From the NCBI RefSeq assembly GCF_009914755.1, contig NC_060929.1: a stretch of 64,000 nucleotides of DNA, one strand, 5' to 3'. Below the pieces are notes generated by a model. It ran no database searches and was not told the DNA's origin. It saw only the letters and a list, made by a program, of their open reading frames with translations. This document shows positions 31,953-50,058 of the stretch, piece by piece. Made by a program: the position numbers and the translations under genes. The first letter of the stretch is position 1. Every line of letters begins with the position of its first letter. Source of the DNA: the human T2T-CHM13v2.0 reference genome, Homo sapiens.

Positions 31953-34329
31953 AGGTAGGTTTTGCTGTGGATTAAAGCAACAAAGGGTTATTTTCTGGCT
32001 CGCACAACATGTCCACCATGGGTTGACTGGAGGCTCAGCTCTGTATCATGACTGAACTTGCTTTGCGACCCAGGCCGATAGAACAACCGCAATCCAGAGC
32101 ATTACTATTTGCAGTGCACATGTGGAAGAGTGCTGGCAGGTATGGCCTTGGTCATGTAAAAAGACTCCTCGCAACTCAACGTGAACTGGTCACGTAACTC
32201 AACCCAGCAAGTGAGTGCCAGGGTGTACAGTGTGAACATGTGTCTCAGAGGATGATAATCCGAATATTTGTAAACAGCACTAATGATTACCGCAGGTATT
32301 ACCCAACTTTAACCAAAAGAACCTGATAACAGCTTAGCAGCCAAATTGATTTAAGAAAGCTCACAATACTTGGGCATGGTACAGCGGACATTATTATGGC
32401 TCAATCATGGTTATTGTTTGGTCTTCCCAAGCAGAGTCAGAAATTATACTAACCTCATTGGTCGCATACTTACAAAACATTTCTAACTTGGTTCCTCTTA
32501 GATAAATGGTTAATCTTTCTCTCCTTGCACCCATATCACCTTCACTACCACCTTTGTTGATTTTTAGATTCTTTTGCAGATGTGACCTTTCCTGACTTTC
32601 TTGTTAAATTCTGGAGATAGACTTGGCTTTGGAGTCTCACTGCCCCAATGTGCTGATTACAACCATGATGAGAACAAAGTCTGAGAATTCTGGTCATCAG
32701 CAACCCTTATTTTGTGAGGCCCTCCCTCCATCCTTCCCTCCCTCTCTAACTCCCTCCTCCCTCCCTTTTTTCTTCTTTCCTAATGCAACTTTGCCGTCAG
32801 TTTAACCATCCAGAAAATTGACAACATAATGTACAATTTAAACATAAACTTAAATATTTGCCCCAAAATTGTATCTCAAGACCTCTCTCTAAGTCATCAC
32901 TTCAACCAGTATTCTTGTTAGACTATCCTATTACAGGTTCTTACTTTCAAGCAGGGCAGAGAGAATAGTCACATCTTCACCCAAGGACGGACTGCGAGGG
33001 GAAACATCAGGGTGAATGAAGACTGCTTGTTTTGCATTCTTTGGTCCAATCACTTCAGTTCATCAGGGAAATAAAACTGTCAGCACAACATCTCTGAGCA
33101 CAGAGGATGATGGCACAGTATATGATTCAAAGGATTGCCCAAGGCTAAAGCCACTGTGTAAGCTTTAATTAACTAGGACAGTCAGGGGCAGGTGCTGTGG
33201 GAGGGAACACTATCGCTATTAATGTTAATTTTTTATGTGAGTATAGAGGAACTCCTAGATGGATTATTTCATAATTAATTTTCTTATAAGTTATGAATGT
33301 CCTAGATATCCCCTAAAGAAGGGTTAGAGAGATCAATTCATTTAATACAGCTAATTTTTATGGCTACCATTTTGGCTACCATTACCATTACCATTTTTAT
33401 GGCTAATTATTATGGCTACCATTTTGCTTCACTTTTTTTGTATGTTTTTTCTGGAGCCTAAAATAGTTCTGTCTTTAAGATGGAAATGGTTAATGATTAC
33501 TACTATGCTTTCTGGAATATTCTAAGTTACTTGTGTGCATTTTAGGGAATAGGTCAAAGTGAGATGAGGAAAAATGATGGCTTTGGAGTTCCTGATATAA
33601 TCAAGTATTGCAGGAAATATACAGGTATTTTTCAACCAAATAAATGTTTGCTTTTTTATTTTAAGTTGAGATTATCCTGACAATTAATTTTATTGAGTCA
33701 AAATAGTTTGCCTTTTGCAAAATGTTTTATATATTTTAATATTTTATTATCTTAAACACTGAAGTTTTCTACCTATCTTTTGTTAACATTGATTTTTTTT
33801 GTTCTTTACCACACACTTAAATGGGAACAGGTAGGACTCAGCTATTTGTATTTGCCCCAAGGTTTAGAAACAAGGCTGATAAGACGGTGGTTGAGGTGGT
33901 TCAAATCAGTTAAACCAGATTTTCAGGTAGGGCAGAACTGTCAGGATTCATCAGAAACCTGAACTCAACCCTGGGGGTGGGTGGGGTAATGGGGAGGGAT
34001 CAGTGGGGTAGAGAAGAAAATTTTTCTTAGAGAACATGCTTCCTTTTGAACACTGGTAGGTTTCTCAAACCACAGCATGCCTGAGATGTTTGTTGTGTGG
34101 GGGTCGAAAACTCATCAAAACAATTATCTGTACCAACCTGTAGCTCTTAGGCATATGGTGCTGGGGTCAATTGTTTGGCTGACTTCAAATGCTCCACCAC
34201 TGACTAGCTGCAGAACCAGACCATGGTGGGCATATTCCACCCATCTGTGCCTTATATCCCTCATTTGCAGGATAAAGATAGTAAGAATATCTGCTCTCAT
34301 AGAATATGGAGATTAAGTGATACAATGTA

Positions 34330-34616
34330 TGTAATCCCAGCACCTAAGGAGGCTGAGGCGGGCGGATCACAAGGTCAGGAGTTCAAGACCAGCCTGGCCA
34401 ACATGGTGAAACCCCATCTCTACTAAAAATACAAAAATTAGCTGGGTGTGGTGGTATGTGCCTGTCATCCCAGCTACTCGGGAGGCTGAGGCAGGAGAAT
34501 TGCTTGAACCAGGACCTAGGAGGCAGAGGTTGCACTGTGAGCCGAGATCCAGCCACTGCACTCCAGCCTGGGCTACAGAGGGAGACTCTGTCTCAAAACA
34601 AAACAAAACAAAACAA
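34330..34616 (+). mobile_element. AluS (5'-truncated) within a MIR
   Basis: Starts at tgtaatcccagcac; (AAAAC)n tail; MIR-like sequence upstream (~34140-34330). Confidence 0.9.
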
Positions 34617-34669
34617 ATAATATGCAAATAGTAGATTGAACCGTAAGTATCTGACAGGTAAACACTTAG

Positions 34670-35023
34670 TGATATGGTTTGGCTCTGTGTCCCCACCCAA
34701 ATCTCATCTTGAATTGTACTGTCATAATTCCCACATGTTGTCGGAGGGAGGTGGTAAGAGAGAATTTGAATCATGTGGGCAGTTTCCCCCATACTGTTCT
34801 CGTGGTAGTGAATAAGTTTTACGAGATCTGATGGTTTTATCTGGGGTTTCCTCTTTTGCATCTTTCTCATTTTCTCTTGCCACCCCTATGTAAGCAGTAC
34901 CTTTTACCTCCCGCCATGATTCTGAGGCTTCCCTAGTCATGTGGAACTGTGAGTTCAGTTAAACCTCTTTTTCTTCCGAGTCCTGGTATTTCTTTATCAG
35001 CAGCGTGAAAACAGACTAATGCA
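34670..35023 (+). mobile_element. THE1A-like solo LTR
   Basis: tgatatggtttgg...cagcagcgtgaaaacagactaatgca; TSD cttag/ctcag. Confidence 0.9.
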
Positions 35024-35383
35024 CTCAGTAAATGTTAACAATTATTGTTATTCCTTTTTCTTCCATCACTTCTTTCATAAATTAACAATAATCAAGCAAC
35101 AAGTGTACATTGTCTTCCTCCCAGTTATAAGACATTGCTGGGTTCACAAATAAATAGACAAAGTCTCTCTACTATAGAAAGGTTCAAAACAATTGGTAAG
35201 ATAAATCATAAATAAGTGATGATTTAGCAAATATAAGAGAAAATAAATTATCAGTTTCCAAATAAATATTGCAGAGCGTGTACATCAAAGAAATTCAGAA
35301 GGGGGAGAAGTAACTCTGGAATGATGTGATCTGGAAGTTTTTACAGAGGAGGAGCAATTTGGATAGGCACAAAAAGTGTAGGT

Positions 35384-35691
<308 letters not shown>

Positions 35692-36008
35692 GTGTAGGTG
35701 GAGGTAAAAACAGTGGGGAGGGAGAGCGAGGATTATAATGTCAGACAGGGAACGTGATGAGACTAAAAGCGTGGAGGCAAGAAAGTGCAGGGTGTGTTTG
35801 AGGAACAGGAAATCACTGTTGGTGGGAAAGTACTTCACTGGCGAGTGTTTAGTGAGGAAAAAGGGTGGTTAGAGTTATTTTAGGGGGAAATTTGTTGGCA
35901 TATGGACATTTTTGTTAGAGCTATCTTACAAGTGAAGTTGAAAAAACATGACCGGTAACATTTTAGTCGTGGGTGAGAAAGAAAAATAGCTCAGAGCATT
36001 CTGAGGAA

Positions 36009-36794
<786 letters not shown>

Positions 36795-36834
36795 GGGGTA
36801 CACATTTAATTCTTCTCTAGCATTGCATGGCCAT

Positions 36835-37740
<906 letters not shown>

Positions 37741-37762
37741 GTCATAATATGTTCTTTAACAT

Positions 37763-38124
37763 TGTATTAGTCCGTTTCCATGGTGCTGATAAAGACATAC
37801 CTGAAATTGGGTAATTTGTAAAGGAAAAGAGGTTTAATGGACTCACAGTTCAACATGACTGGGGAGGCCTCACAATCATGGTGGTAGGTGAAAGGCACAT
37901 TTTACATGGTGGCAGGCAAGAGATAATGAGAGAGAAGTGAAAGGGGAAGCCCCTTATAAAGCCATCTGATATCGTGAGACTTACTCACTATCACAAGAAC
38001 AGTATGGGGGAAACTGCACCAATGATTCAGTTATCTCCCACCAGGTCCCTCCCACAACATGTGGGAATTATGGGAGCTATAATTCAAGATGAGATTTGGG
38101 TGGGGACACAGCCAAACCATATCA
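37763..38124 (-). mobile_element. THE1B/C solo LTR
   Basis: tgtattagtcc...gccaaaccatatca; perfect TSD aacat. Confidence 0.92.
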
Positions 38125-39756
38125 AACATGAATGTAATCAAAATAGTAGAAGGCCATGGGCATATGCCAAACTCTTCACAGGGAACCCCTTTATACCTTC
38201 TCTCCCAGCTTTTAAAACAGCACTTCAAGCCAAACAGCTATCATGCAGCATTTACCTGGTATCATGCAGTGTAAAACCTGCTTTTATAGACTGCTCATTC
38301 TTTGCACTGTCCATTTTAAGCCCATGAGACATACTCATTGACCTGGCAGAAGAAAATATTCAGCCTTGGATTGATAGATAAGTACTTATATTATATTAAA
38401 TGTAATTATCTATTAAATCACATCTACTGTTGTCACAGTTTATCATTTTTTGGGGGTGTGATGATGCTGAAATATTATGGAACAACTAGAGTAATTTACA
38501 TATTCTTTACTTTGGTCACATTTTTCATTGAAGCCATCAAAATACTTAAAAATAATTTTCACTCTTTAGTATCAAATTATCTCATGTAGATTGACTGTTT
38601 CAATAAAAGCATCTAAAGCAGCATTTGTAGCCCAAGTGTCAGAGTTGATGTTTTCCAAGATTAAAATGTTTTAATTGTAAAATACCCAAATAAGCTCAGG
38701 TCCAAGAAATATATTTTTGATGATAAGTGCTTCTTCTTTTAAGATTATTTTTTAGTGACCACAATCAAGAGTGATAATGAAAAACGAAAGAAGGGAAGAA
38801 GGAAAGGAAGGAAGAGAATAATCCAGGGAGAACAGATTTAGGTTGGTTGAATGTTCTGGATGTATATGGATTTTGTTTTCATTTTATTTCAATGTTATGT
38901 TGTAAAAAATTCAAAACATACTATGAATTTGAAAGAATTTTAAGTCAACACCCATATACCTACCACCTAAATTGTACCACTAACATTTTACTATACTTGC
39001 TTTATCACATATCTACTCATTTCTCTACCTTGGATGTATAAATGTTTTAATTCTATGCAATGAATGAATCAATTTTATACAGAGTTCCAGTTGGTTAGAT
39101 CTATGCTGTTTTCCTGTTTCTGTAGTATCTACCATCACTTCCAAGCGAGACAAATGAGACAGATTAGAAGAATCAATTCAGTTTATCAAAAAATGCTTCT
39201 TGAGCATTTAATGATGTGCCCAACATGCTTCTGTGGAGCTGGGCAGGCTTAGAGGCTTAGCAACTGTCTGGGGAGTTTCCTAACTTGGCATTCTCATGGG
39301 CTGTACTCCCCCAAATTCTGAGTCAATAAATCTGACACGGGAACAACTTGAAATCTGTATTTTTTTAAAGGATATTTTTAAAAGACATCAAACACGATTT
39401 TGAGGCAAAAACAAAAAACAAAAAACCTGATAAGAACAACCGTCAGAGTGAAAGGATAATAGCAAAATCTTTGGTGATACTAGTGACTACCCTCAGTAAG
39501 ACAGGGCAGCTACAGAACTTGAAAACTAATCTCTAATGACAGCAGGCAAATCAATGGTTGTCAAGTGGTGTGCTTAGAAGCCTTTCCTCTCAGCCAGGCC
39601 CACTCCTGGGAGCTAGAGATACAGAAATAGATAAAACCTGTCTTGCAAGTTAACAATAGGATTTAACAGGTGCTTGGATTTGGAAACCATTGACCTTGAC
39701 ACTGTCAAAGAACTGTATGTTACAGTCCTTTTTTTTGGTGGGGGGATGGTGGGAAG

Positions 39757-40030
39757 GGACAGGGTATTGCTCTCTGTTGCCTAGGCTGGAATGTAATGGC
39801 ATGATCTCTGCTCACTGTAGCCAAAACCTCCTGGGTTCAAGTGATCCTCTTGCTTCAGTCTCCTGAGTAGCTAGGACTGCAGGTGAGTACCACCTGTAAT
39901 TTGTATTTATTTTTAGTAGAGACAGGGTCTTGCTATGTTTCCCAGGCTGGTCTCAAACTCCTGGGCTCAAGTGATCTGCCTGCTTCAGCCTCCAAAAGTG
40001 TTTGGATTACAGGCATGAGCCACTGCATCC
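39757..40030 (-). mobile_element. AluJ
   Basis: Degenerate reverse Alu. Confidence 0.88.
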
Positions 40031-40126
40031 TTACAGTCTTGAGAGAAGGCAAGACATTTTGGAGGAAAAGTCAATCATCCAATATCTAACCAAGTACCCA
40101 ATTCTGTGGTTTACACTGTAAGTGCT

Positions 40127-40494
40127 TGTATTAGTCGGTTTTCATGTTGCTGATAAAGACTTACCTGAGATTGGGCAATTTACAAAAGAAAGAGGTTTAA
40201 TGGACTTACAGTTCCACGTGGCTGGGGAAGCCTCATGATCATGGCAGAAGGCAAGAAAGAGCAAGTCACTTCTTACATGGATGGCAGCAGGCAAACAGAG
40301 CTTGTGCAGGGAGACTCCTGTTTGTAAAACCATCAGATCTCATGAGACTCATTCACTATCATGAGAACAGCACAGGAAAGACCTGCCCCCATAATTCAAT
40401 CACCTCCCACTGGGTTCCTCTCATGACACGTGGGAATGTGGGAGTCACAATTCAAGGTGAGATTTGGGTGGGGACACAGAGCCAAACCATATCA
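40127..40494 (-). mobile_element. THE1B-like solo LTR
   Basis: tgtattagtc...gccaaaccatatca; perfect TSD gtgct. Confidence 0.92.
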
Positions 40495-41279
40495 GTGCTT
40501 TAAGTTTCCAGCAGATAGAATGACTAATGTAGACTAAAAAGCTGGTCAAAATTTCATGGATAGCAAGATGGGTAAACTGAGTCAAAGAGAATCAGTAGTA
40601 CTTGAATAAGTCATGAAAGAAAAAACAGACAATCCAAGTCTGGAAAACACAAAAAGGAGTGTCAATAAACTGATGGCAGGAAAATGTCTATGCTCAGGAC
40701 ATGGGGGGTTGTAGTCTTTGGAGGGTATACAATGCTAGACAGTAGCAAATGTAAATTTCTGAACAAATTTTACAGAATAGCCTCAAGTCTCCAGCCCCTG
40801 CCATAGCAGCGAATGACACACTGATTATATTTTGTAACTCTCTCCTGTGGTTTCTGGTAGACACAGAATTACATACTCAATAGGAGGTCAGTGGAGTCCA
40901 GGGCAAGCCATTTTCATCCCAGGAAGAGGCATTCTCCTAAGACTCCAGTTGCTCACTCCCTTTTGTGTATTAGGTACTTGCAGTTTGAACTAGTGAGATC
41001 ACAGAGGGCTTCTTCTCACTTCAGCATTGAGTTCTTGGTGCCAAAAACCTTGTTTAGCTCATGGAAAAAATGACATCGAGATTTCTTTCCATCTGCATGC
41101 ATCTCCAAGATCTCTGGCTCCCATCAAACTCATATTCATTGGTTGTTGTTATTTTGTTTTTCACTTTCTGGCCTCCAGTATTAAGCCTGACTACTGAGGC
41201 CATGAAATACCTAGATGCTGCACTGCCATCTTGGACGCCTATAGACCCATGACTTATTTATAGAATATTAGGAACTTTA

Positions 41280-41815
41280 TTAGTTATTAATTACCGTTCT
41301 GATTTCACAATTTCCAAGGGTCGGGAATCTGGGCGTGGCTTGGCTGGGTGGTTCTGGCTTACTATGTTTCCTGAGGTTACAGTTGAGATGTCGGCTGGGG
41401 CTGCAGCCATCTCAAGACTTGACAGGGGCTGAAGGATTCACATCCAAGTTCACTCATGTGGTTGTCAGCAGGCCCCAGTTCCTCACTGGCTGCTGTCAGA
41501 GGGGATTGGAGTTCCTTGCATGATAGGCTTCTCCACAGGGCAGCTCACAAGGTGGGAGCTGCTTTCCCCAGAGCCAGTGGTGTCCTAGAGAGAAGGCTGA
41601 AGAGCTGGAGAGAGCCAAGCTGGGAGCCTCAATGGTCTATAACCGAATATCAGAAGTGGCAGTACATTACTGCTGCCATTTACTATTTGTCACAGAGACC
41701 AAAGTATCAAAGTCCACTCCTGGTACAGAGTAGAAGGGGACTATAAAAAGGACTCTGAAAGTATCAGGAGGCTGAGTTCCTTGGGGACTGCCTTGAGGGC
41801 TGGCCAGCACAGGCA
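41280..41815 (-). mobile_element. Old MLT1 (F/G/H-like) LTR
   Basis: 'gggtcgggaatctgggcgtggcttggctgggtggttctggct...ggggctgaaggattcacatccaag'. Confidence 0.6.
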
Positions 41816-42672
41816 CCATCACCCCAGTTAGGGTGTCTAAACCAGCTCCGTATCCATCCAGATACTTCTTTCATCCGTCTTGTTTGAACATGAAATGGGA
41901 GAGACACTAAGTACATTTTCAAGAAAGCAACAATGCATTGCCTGAGTGCCTTTTGTGCACTAAATGCAACAGTGGGTTCCATAGAGTTCACTGAAACAAT
42001 AGGAGAACTTTTTCCCCTCAGGATCTTTAGGATGTGTTTGAGAAAACAGTACAGACACTAGGGTATGGAGAATACCATTTCTCGTGGAACTATACAAATT
42101 CAACTCAACCATAGCTTAGGCAAAGAGGGTCATTTCCTGGAAGCCTTGCGTGGCTCAGGGAAGGGCAGGGGTGTGGGCACAGCTGGACACAAGGCACAAA
42201 TCCCACCGGGACTCTTTCCGTCCATCTTCATTCCTGTTGCTCTCTCTGTATTGATTGGCCTCATGCACTCCAACTGGCTTCTTTCACATGGCAGCCAACG
42301 AGGCTTCTGGCAGCTCTTGGTCTATGTCTTACAGCTGTGCAGTATGGAAGGTAATGATTGTGTGTAGTTCCAAATTTTAAAGTTTAAGGGGAGGGCTCTG
42401 ATTGGTCCAGCCTGATTCCTGGACCCATCAGTGTGTCTCCATGGCGTTGTCCAAGCTCATTAGGTGTCAACCCTGTGACAGATACTGTGGAGGTGCTGGA
42501 ATTACAAAACCCAAAATAAAACGCAGTTTCTTACTAAAGAGATGGCAGTGATCTGGAGACAGGGGGCAGGAAGCTTAAGAAACTCATCTGTAGGTCTGAA
42601 ACAATCCTAAATGGAAGATCCTGCTTGCACAACTGCACTGTGTAACAGGGGAGGCAGTCAGAGTGTGGGTGA

Positions 42673-43154
<482 letters not shown>

Positions 43155-43936
43155 TGATTTAGTTGGGTCTACTGGCTGTCTCTGTGCTGCGTCATTAGGA
43201 TGCCAGTTCTTTGCATAAGAAACCCTTCCTAGGCTGTGTTCTGAGTAGCATGGAGCTTACTGAAATGCACAGGATTTCTAACAAGTCATAATAGTTTCTG
43301 ACAGGAGCTTTCTTTCAGAGGAAAATGTGAGAAAGCAAGTGGGGTAGAAATGTCTTTGTTTTCACTGAAGTACAGTCAGGATGAATAATTAGGAAATTGA
43401 TACTGAACTCAGCTGTGTTACCTGAGCTGTTAGTCAAAACAAGGTGGATGAGGGTGTGGGTGTGTTGGTGCTTCCAGAAGGCAGGTAGAAGTTCTCAAGT
43501 CTTCGAGTCCATGTGTCTGTTAAGGGTTCCATCCAACTGGATGATGAGGGCAGAATTCCTGTTTTCCAAAGTGACACATTAGAGTAAGTGTGTATCTAGC
43601 TAGTCAAATGGTGTAATTTTAGGAAAGACATAGGTTTCTAACTCTAAAATAATGCCCTTCGGTAGTGAGTCATGTTCGTGCCACTGTACTGCAGCCTGGG
43701 CAACAGAAGGAGACCCTGCCCCACGGACCCCCACCGGAAAATAATGCTCTCAACTCCATGCTCAATATCAAAATGCCTCAGTCAGAGACAAAATATTTTA
43801 TTTTAAGGTTAAAAAGAGATAGAAATATTTCTGAAAGATTTAAGACACTGGTTTATATTAGAATGTTAATAAATCACATCAAGTGCTTTCTTGGATTTTT
43901 TTTTAATTGGGTGAGTCATGTGCACGGTCATCTGCA

Positions 43937-43976
43937 TGTGTGTGTGTGTGTGTGTCTGTGTGTGTGTGTGTGTGTG
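43937..43976. repeat. (TG)n microsatellite
   Basis: Visible directly. Confidence 0.95.
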
Positions 43977-44764
43977 AATAAGATTAGGGACATGGACATC
44001 AAATTCCTAATACCCAATTTTACCTAGAGCTGATTATGATATTAAATTCTCATTCTGCTTCATGCTACATATAATTAATACGTTTGAATGGGAATTCTGT
44101 CTGCAAAGTAACAATGGAGAGCCAGACATTGGACTCTTGTAGAATACTTATGACTTTGACTATTTATTTTAATAATGTGTCTGGATATTTGCATTCCATA
44201 AGGTTAGTTCTCTCACAGCTTAATTCTATTAGATAGGAGCATACAAGTTAACTTTTTTCCTTCTCAAGTTCAGGAACAGAGAAAAGTTCAACATTCCTTT
44301 CCCAATGTGATATCTTTCACTAGAGCCTTATCGCCTTCAAATGACAAGGTTTGGCTATAATTCAAATCAGATAAGGCATGTTATTTATTTTAAGGCCCTT
44401 TAAGAACATAGCCAATTAGAGCCTGTTGAATGAGATGCACATCACTGAGGTTTCCTAGAAAGGGCTTGGTCATGGGGTTTTGAAGCCCTGTTACAAAGCA
44501 TGGCAGATTGCCTATTTTTAAAAGGACATTTATTCTTGGAAACCTGTGATTCTCTTGTTAGCCTCAAACTCCCTTGCTTGTAGGTGTTTCAAAGAAATCT
44601 GAGCCCTTGCCAGGCTATTTCTATAAAGTCGCCTATTTTTTCCCCCCAGAGGTTGCCTGGGAGAAGGAATTAAGTAAAAATAGGCTTAACAAAACTGTTC
44701 CATGCTTAATTCAACTGACTTCAAATAAATAGTTTATCAAAGTTCTATTAATGAATTACTTGAT

Positions 44765-45660
44765 TAATTCATTTATTTGGCAAATATTTATTTAGGGCCG
44801 ACTATAAGCTAAGTATCACAGTTAATGCAGTAGATTTTGTCTCTTCTTATATGGCAATATCCAAATATACAAACACATGTGAACATGAACACACAAATGA
44901 ACAGCAGATACAGTTAAGAGCCTGGCTGGGTCATTGCCTGAATTGAGAGGGCTAGAGATACTCTCTTTAGGGGAAGCCATTGATATGACGTCTGCATGGC
45001 CAGAAGGAATTAGACCTGTGAAGACCCAGGGTAGTGCATTCAGAGCAGAGAGAAGACTTGGTCCAAAGGCCCCAAGGTGGGAATAAAGTCAGTATGTTGG
45101 AAGAATACAAAGAAGGTTCTGTGTGACAGAGTTTGGAGGGAGGGGCTCAGACAGTGGCTCAGAGAAGTGGGCAGGGCCTAGACCATGGATGAGTTTGTAG
45201 GCTGGGGGAAGGAGTTTAGATTTGAGTGCGATGAAAAGCCACTGGAGAGTTTTAAGCAGAGAAATGGCAGGGTCTAATTTAAATTTTCTTTGTGGAAAAT
45301 TGATTATAGGAAATAAGAGTGGGCTGGGTGTGGTGGCTCACGCCTGTAATCCCACCACTTTGGGAGGCCGAGGCAGGCAGGTCACCTGAGGTTAGGAGTT
45401 TGAGACCACACTGGCCAACATGGTGAAACCCCATCTCTACTAAAATGCAAAAATTAGCTGGGTGTGGTGGTGCACACCCATAATCCAAGCTACTAGGAAG
45501 GCTGAGGCCAGAGAATTGTTTGAACCTGGGAGGCGGATGTTGCAGCCTGGGCAACAGAGCAAGACTCTGTCTCCCCAAAAAAAAAAAAAAAAAAAGGAAA
45601 TAAGAGTGGAGATAGGGAGATCAATTAAGAGGGAATTATATTAAATAGTAGGCTAGGGCC
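44765..45660 (-). mobile_element. L2 LINE fragment interrupted by an Alu
   Basis: 'attcatttatttggcaaatatttatt' 3' end; 'gccactggagagttttaagcag'. Confidence 0.7.
45322..45595 (+). mobile_element. AluS with a right-arm deletion
   Basis: TSD aggaaataagagtgg. Confidence 0.93.
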
Positions 45661-45775
45661 AGGATATACGTAGTATAGAGAGTTTGTGGAAAAATCTCAC
45701 AGTATGGAGGAAGAAAATACACACTTGTGTGTGTATATACATTTATACACAGACACGCAAAGACACACACAGACA

Positions 45776-46468
<693 letters not shown>

Positions 46469-46610
46469 ATATATATTCAAACCTTTTCTTTAAAACATTC
46501 TATTTACATTTTACAATGTACATAATATGTGGATACTATAGTGTATCTATTATTCATAAATAAATCCGAATATCTAATGGTGAATTGTATGTGCTCAAAA
46601 ATAATTTATT

Positions 46611-46731
46611 GGTGGGGTGTGGCAGCTCACACCTATAATCCCCATGCTTTGGGAGGCCAAGGTGGGAGGATAGCTTGAGCCCAGGGGTTCAAGATCAGCC
46701 TAGGCAACATAGTGAGATCTCATTTGTACAA

Positions 46732-46776
<45 letters not shown>

Positions 46777-46930
46777 GGTGTGGTGGCTCATGCCTGTGGT
46801 CTCAGCTACTCTGGAGGCTGAGGTGGGAGGATCGCTTGAACCCAGGAGGTTGGGGCTGCAGGGATTGTACCACTGCACTCTAGTCTGGGTGACAGAGTGA
46901 GATCCTCTCTCTCTCTCTCTCCCAAAAGAA
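46611..46930 (+). mobile_element. AluJ with (AAT)~14 microsatellite in the linker (~46732-46773)
   Basis: J-type arms; aataataat run. Confidence 0.9.
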
Positions 46931-47713
46931 AAAAATATGTACATAAATTTACACACACACACATTATATATGTTTTATTGATGTATGTGTGATCAAATGG
47001 TTTCGGAAGTCATGGTCTAGGTGTAAGATGATGGTGACTTGGATTTGTTGGTAGTAATAGAAAAGGAGAGAAGCAGATGCATTGGGGATAAGGTTTGAAG
47101 GTAAAATTAACAAGATTTGTTGATGGGATGTGCCACACACAGTGTGGGAGCCGTGAGCACACATATGGCTTAGATGTGGCCCAGCTCTCAGAAAGCCTTG
47201 CAGCCTTGTGGTGTTTTCTTGCCTGAAGACTGAGGACGTAGCAGTTCTCAAGTTTTGTTTACTTTCACATTCATGATGACTCACAGTTTCCCCAGGGAAA
47301 ATGATTTTTTCTTCACTTCACAGCCACCTCTTTGCACACTTCTAGGGGCCACCATTTTGCATTACATTGTCTGGAATTGTCCAGACAAACAGTTCAGAGT
47401 GATATCCTGAAAAGGTGCTATGTATGTGTCTGTGTGTGGGCATGCATGTGTGTCTGTCTTCAAGAGTCTTTTCTAGTAAAGCGACTCTGCCTTAGGGTTG
47501 TATTCTTTTTCGTTGTTTTCTGGAGGTGGGGGGGTTCTTTATCTGAGATTCCACAAACAAAGGAATAGTTGGAGATTAACCATCTCACTGCACGACTAAC
47601 AGCTCAGGTCTCAAGGATGAGTAGCAGATTTCTCCTGAGACTTGGAGCCACAAACGGAAGCTCTCATTTGTTTTTACTAAATATGATTATAATAGAATGT
47701 AACCCAACTATGG

Positions 47714-48428
<715 letters not shown>

Positions 48429-49000
48429 TGTGGTGATTTCTACATATAATCTGTTTTTGTCTTTGCCAGGCTTTATGCCTACCCCCTTTGTTCTTATTCT
48501 CCTGACACACTACAAAAAAACCCACTCACACCAAAGGCATTAGTGAGCACTATTAAACTTATTGAAAATGTTGACTTCAGAAGGTGTCTGTTTTTTCCTG
48601 AGTTCACTCTCACTGGCCATCCAGAGGCTCTTTTCCTCACCCAGTCCTGAAACCAACTTCACTTCTCTCAGCTTTCTTTTTCATTGCAAATTGCTGCCTC
48701 CTTTGGGGGACACCCTGCTATGGGCTCTTGAAATTATCTTCTAGACAAACCTGATCCCTCATTGAGATGGAATTCATGCACCAACTTCTACAAAGACAAC
48801 ACTTCCTCTATGTTATCACGATACAATTACAGTGATCACCACGTGTGAACAATCATAATATTACCATGATTAAAAAGATTTTTGAGTTCCGTATGACTGA
48901 CCAACAAGTGCAGTTTTGGAATATGATTTGTACTTACGTTAGAGACCATCTTTTATCTATGAAAATTATCTACTAAAATTTTTCTAAGAAACAAAAAACT

Positions 49001-49240
49001 GGGTGTGAGGGCGATCTGGCTGTGACATCTGTCACCCCATCGATCGCTAGAGTTGATTCTGCTGATCTGGCTGGCTAGGCGGGTGTCCCCTTCCTCTGTT
49101 ACCACTCCACCTGCGTCCCTCCCGAAGCTGCGTGCTCAGTCAAAGAGGATGACCATCCCTGATAGAGGAGGACTGGTCTTTGGTCAAGGGCATATGAGTA
49201 GCTGCGCTCCCCTGCTAGAACCTCCAAACAAGCTCTCAAG
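49001..49240 (+). pseudogene. RN7SK: 7SK snRNA retropseudogene, 3'-truncated at ~nt 240, no poly(A)
   Basis: gg(g)tgtgagggcgatctggctg...gctagaacctccaaacaagctctcaag matches 7SK nt 1-240; 14-bp TSD aagaaacaaaaaac (48986-48999 / 49238-49251). Symbol is the parent gene. Confidence 0.95.
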
Positions 49241-49393
49241 AAACAAAAAACCTATTTCTGATTATGTCAGAGTGTTTTAGCTTTTCAGGGAAAAGTGAAT
49301 ACTCAATAAACAGATAAAGTAGGCTATGTCGTTATTATTTTTATTCTAGGAAGGAGACTCACATTCTATTAGGTTAGATATTAGGTTAGAACA

Positions 49394-49688
<295 letters not shown>

Positions 49689-49692
49689 GTTA

Positions 49693-50058
<366 letters not shown>

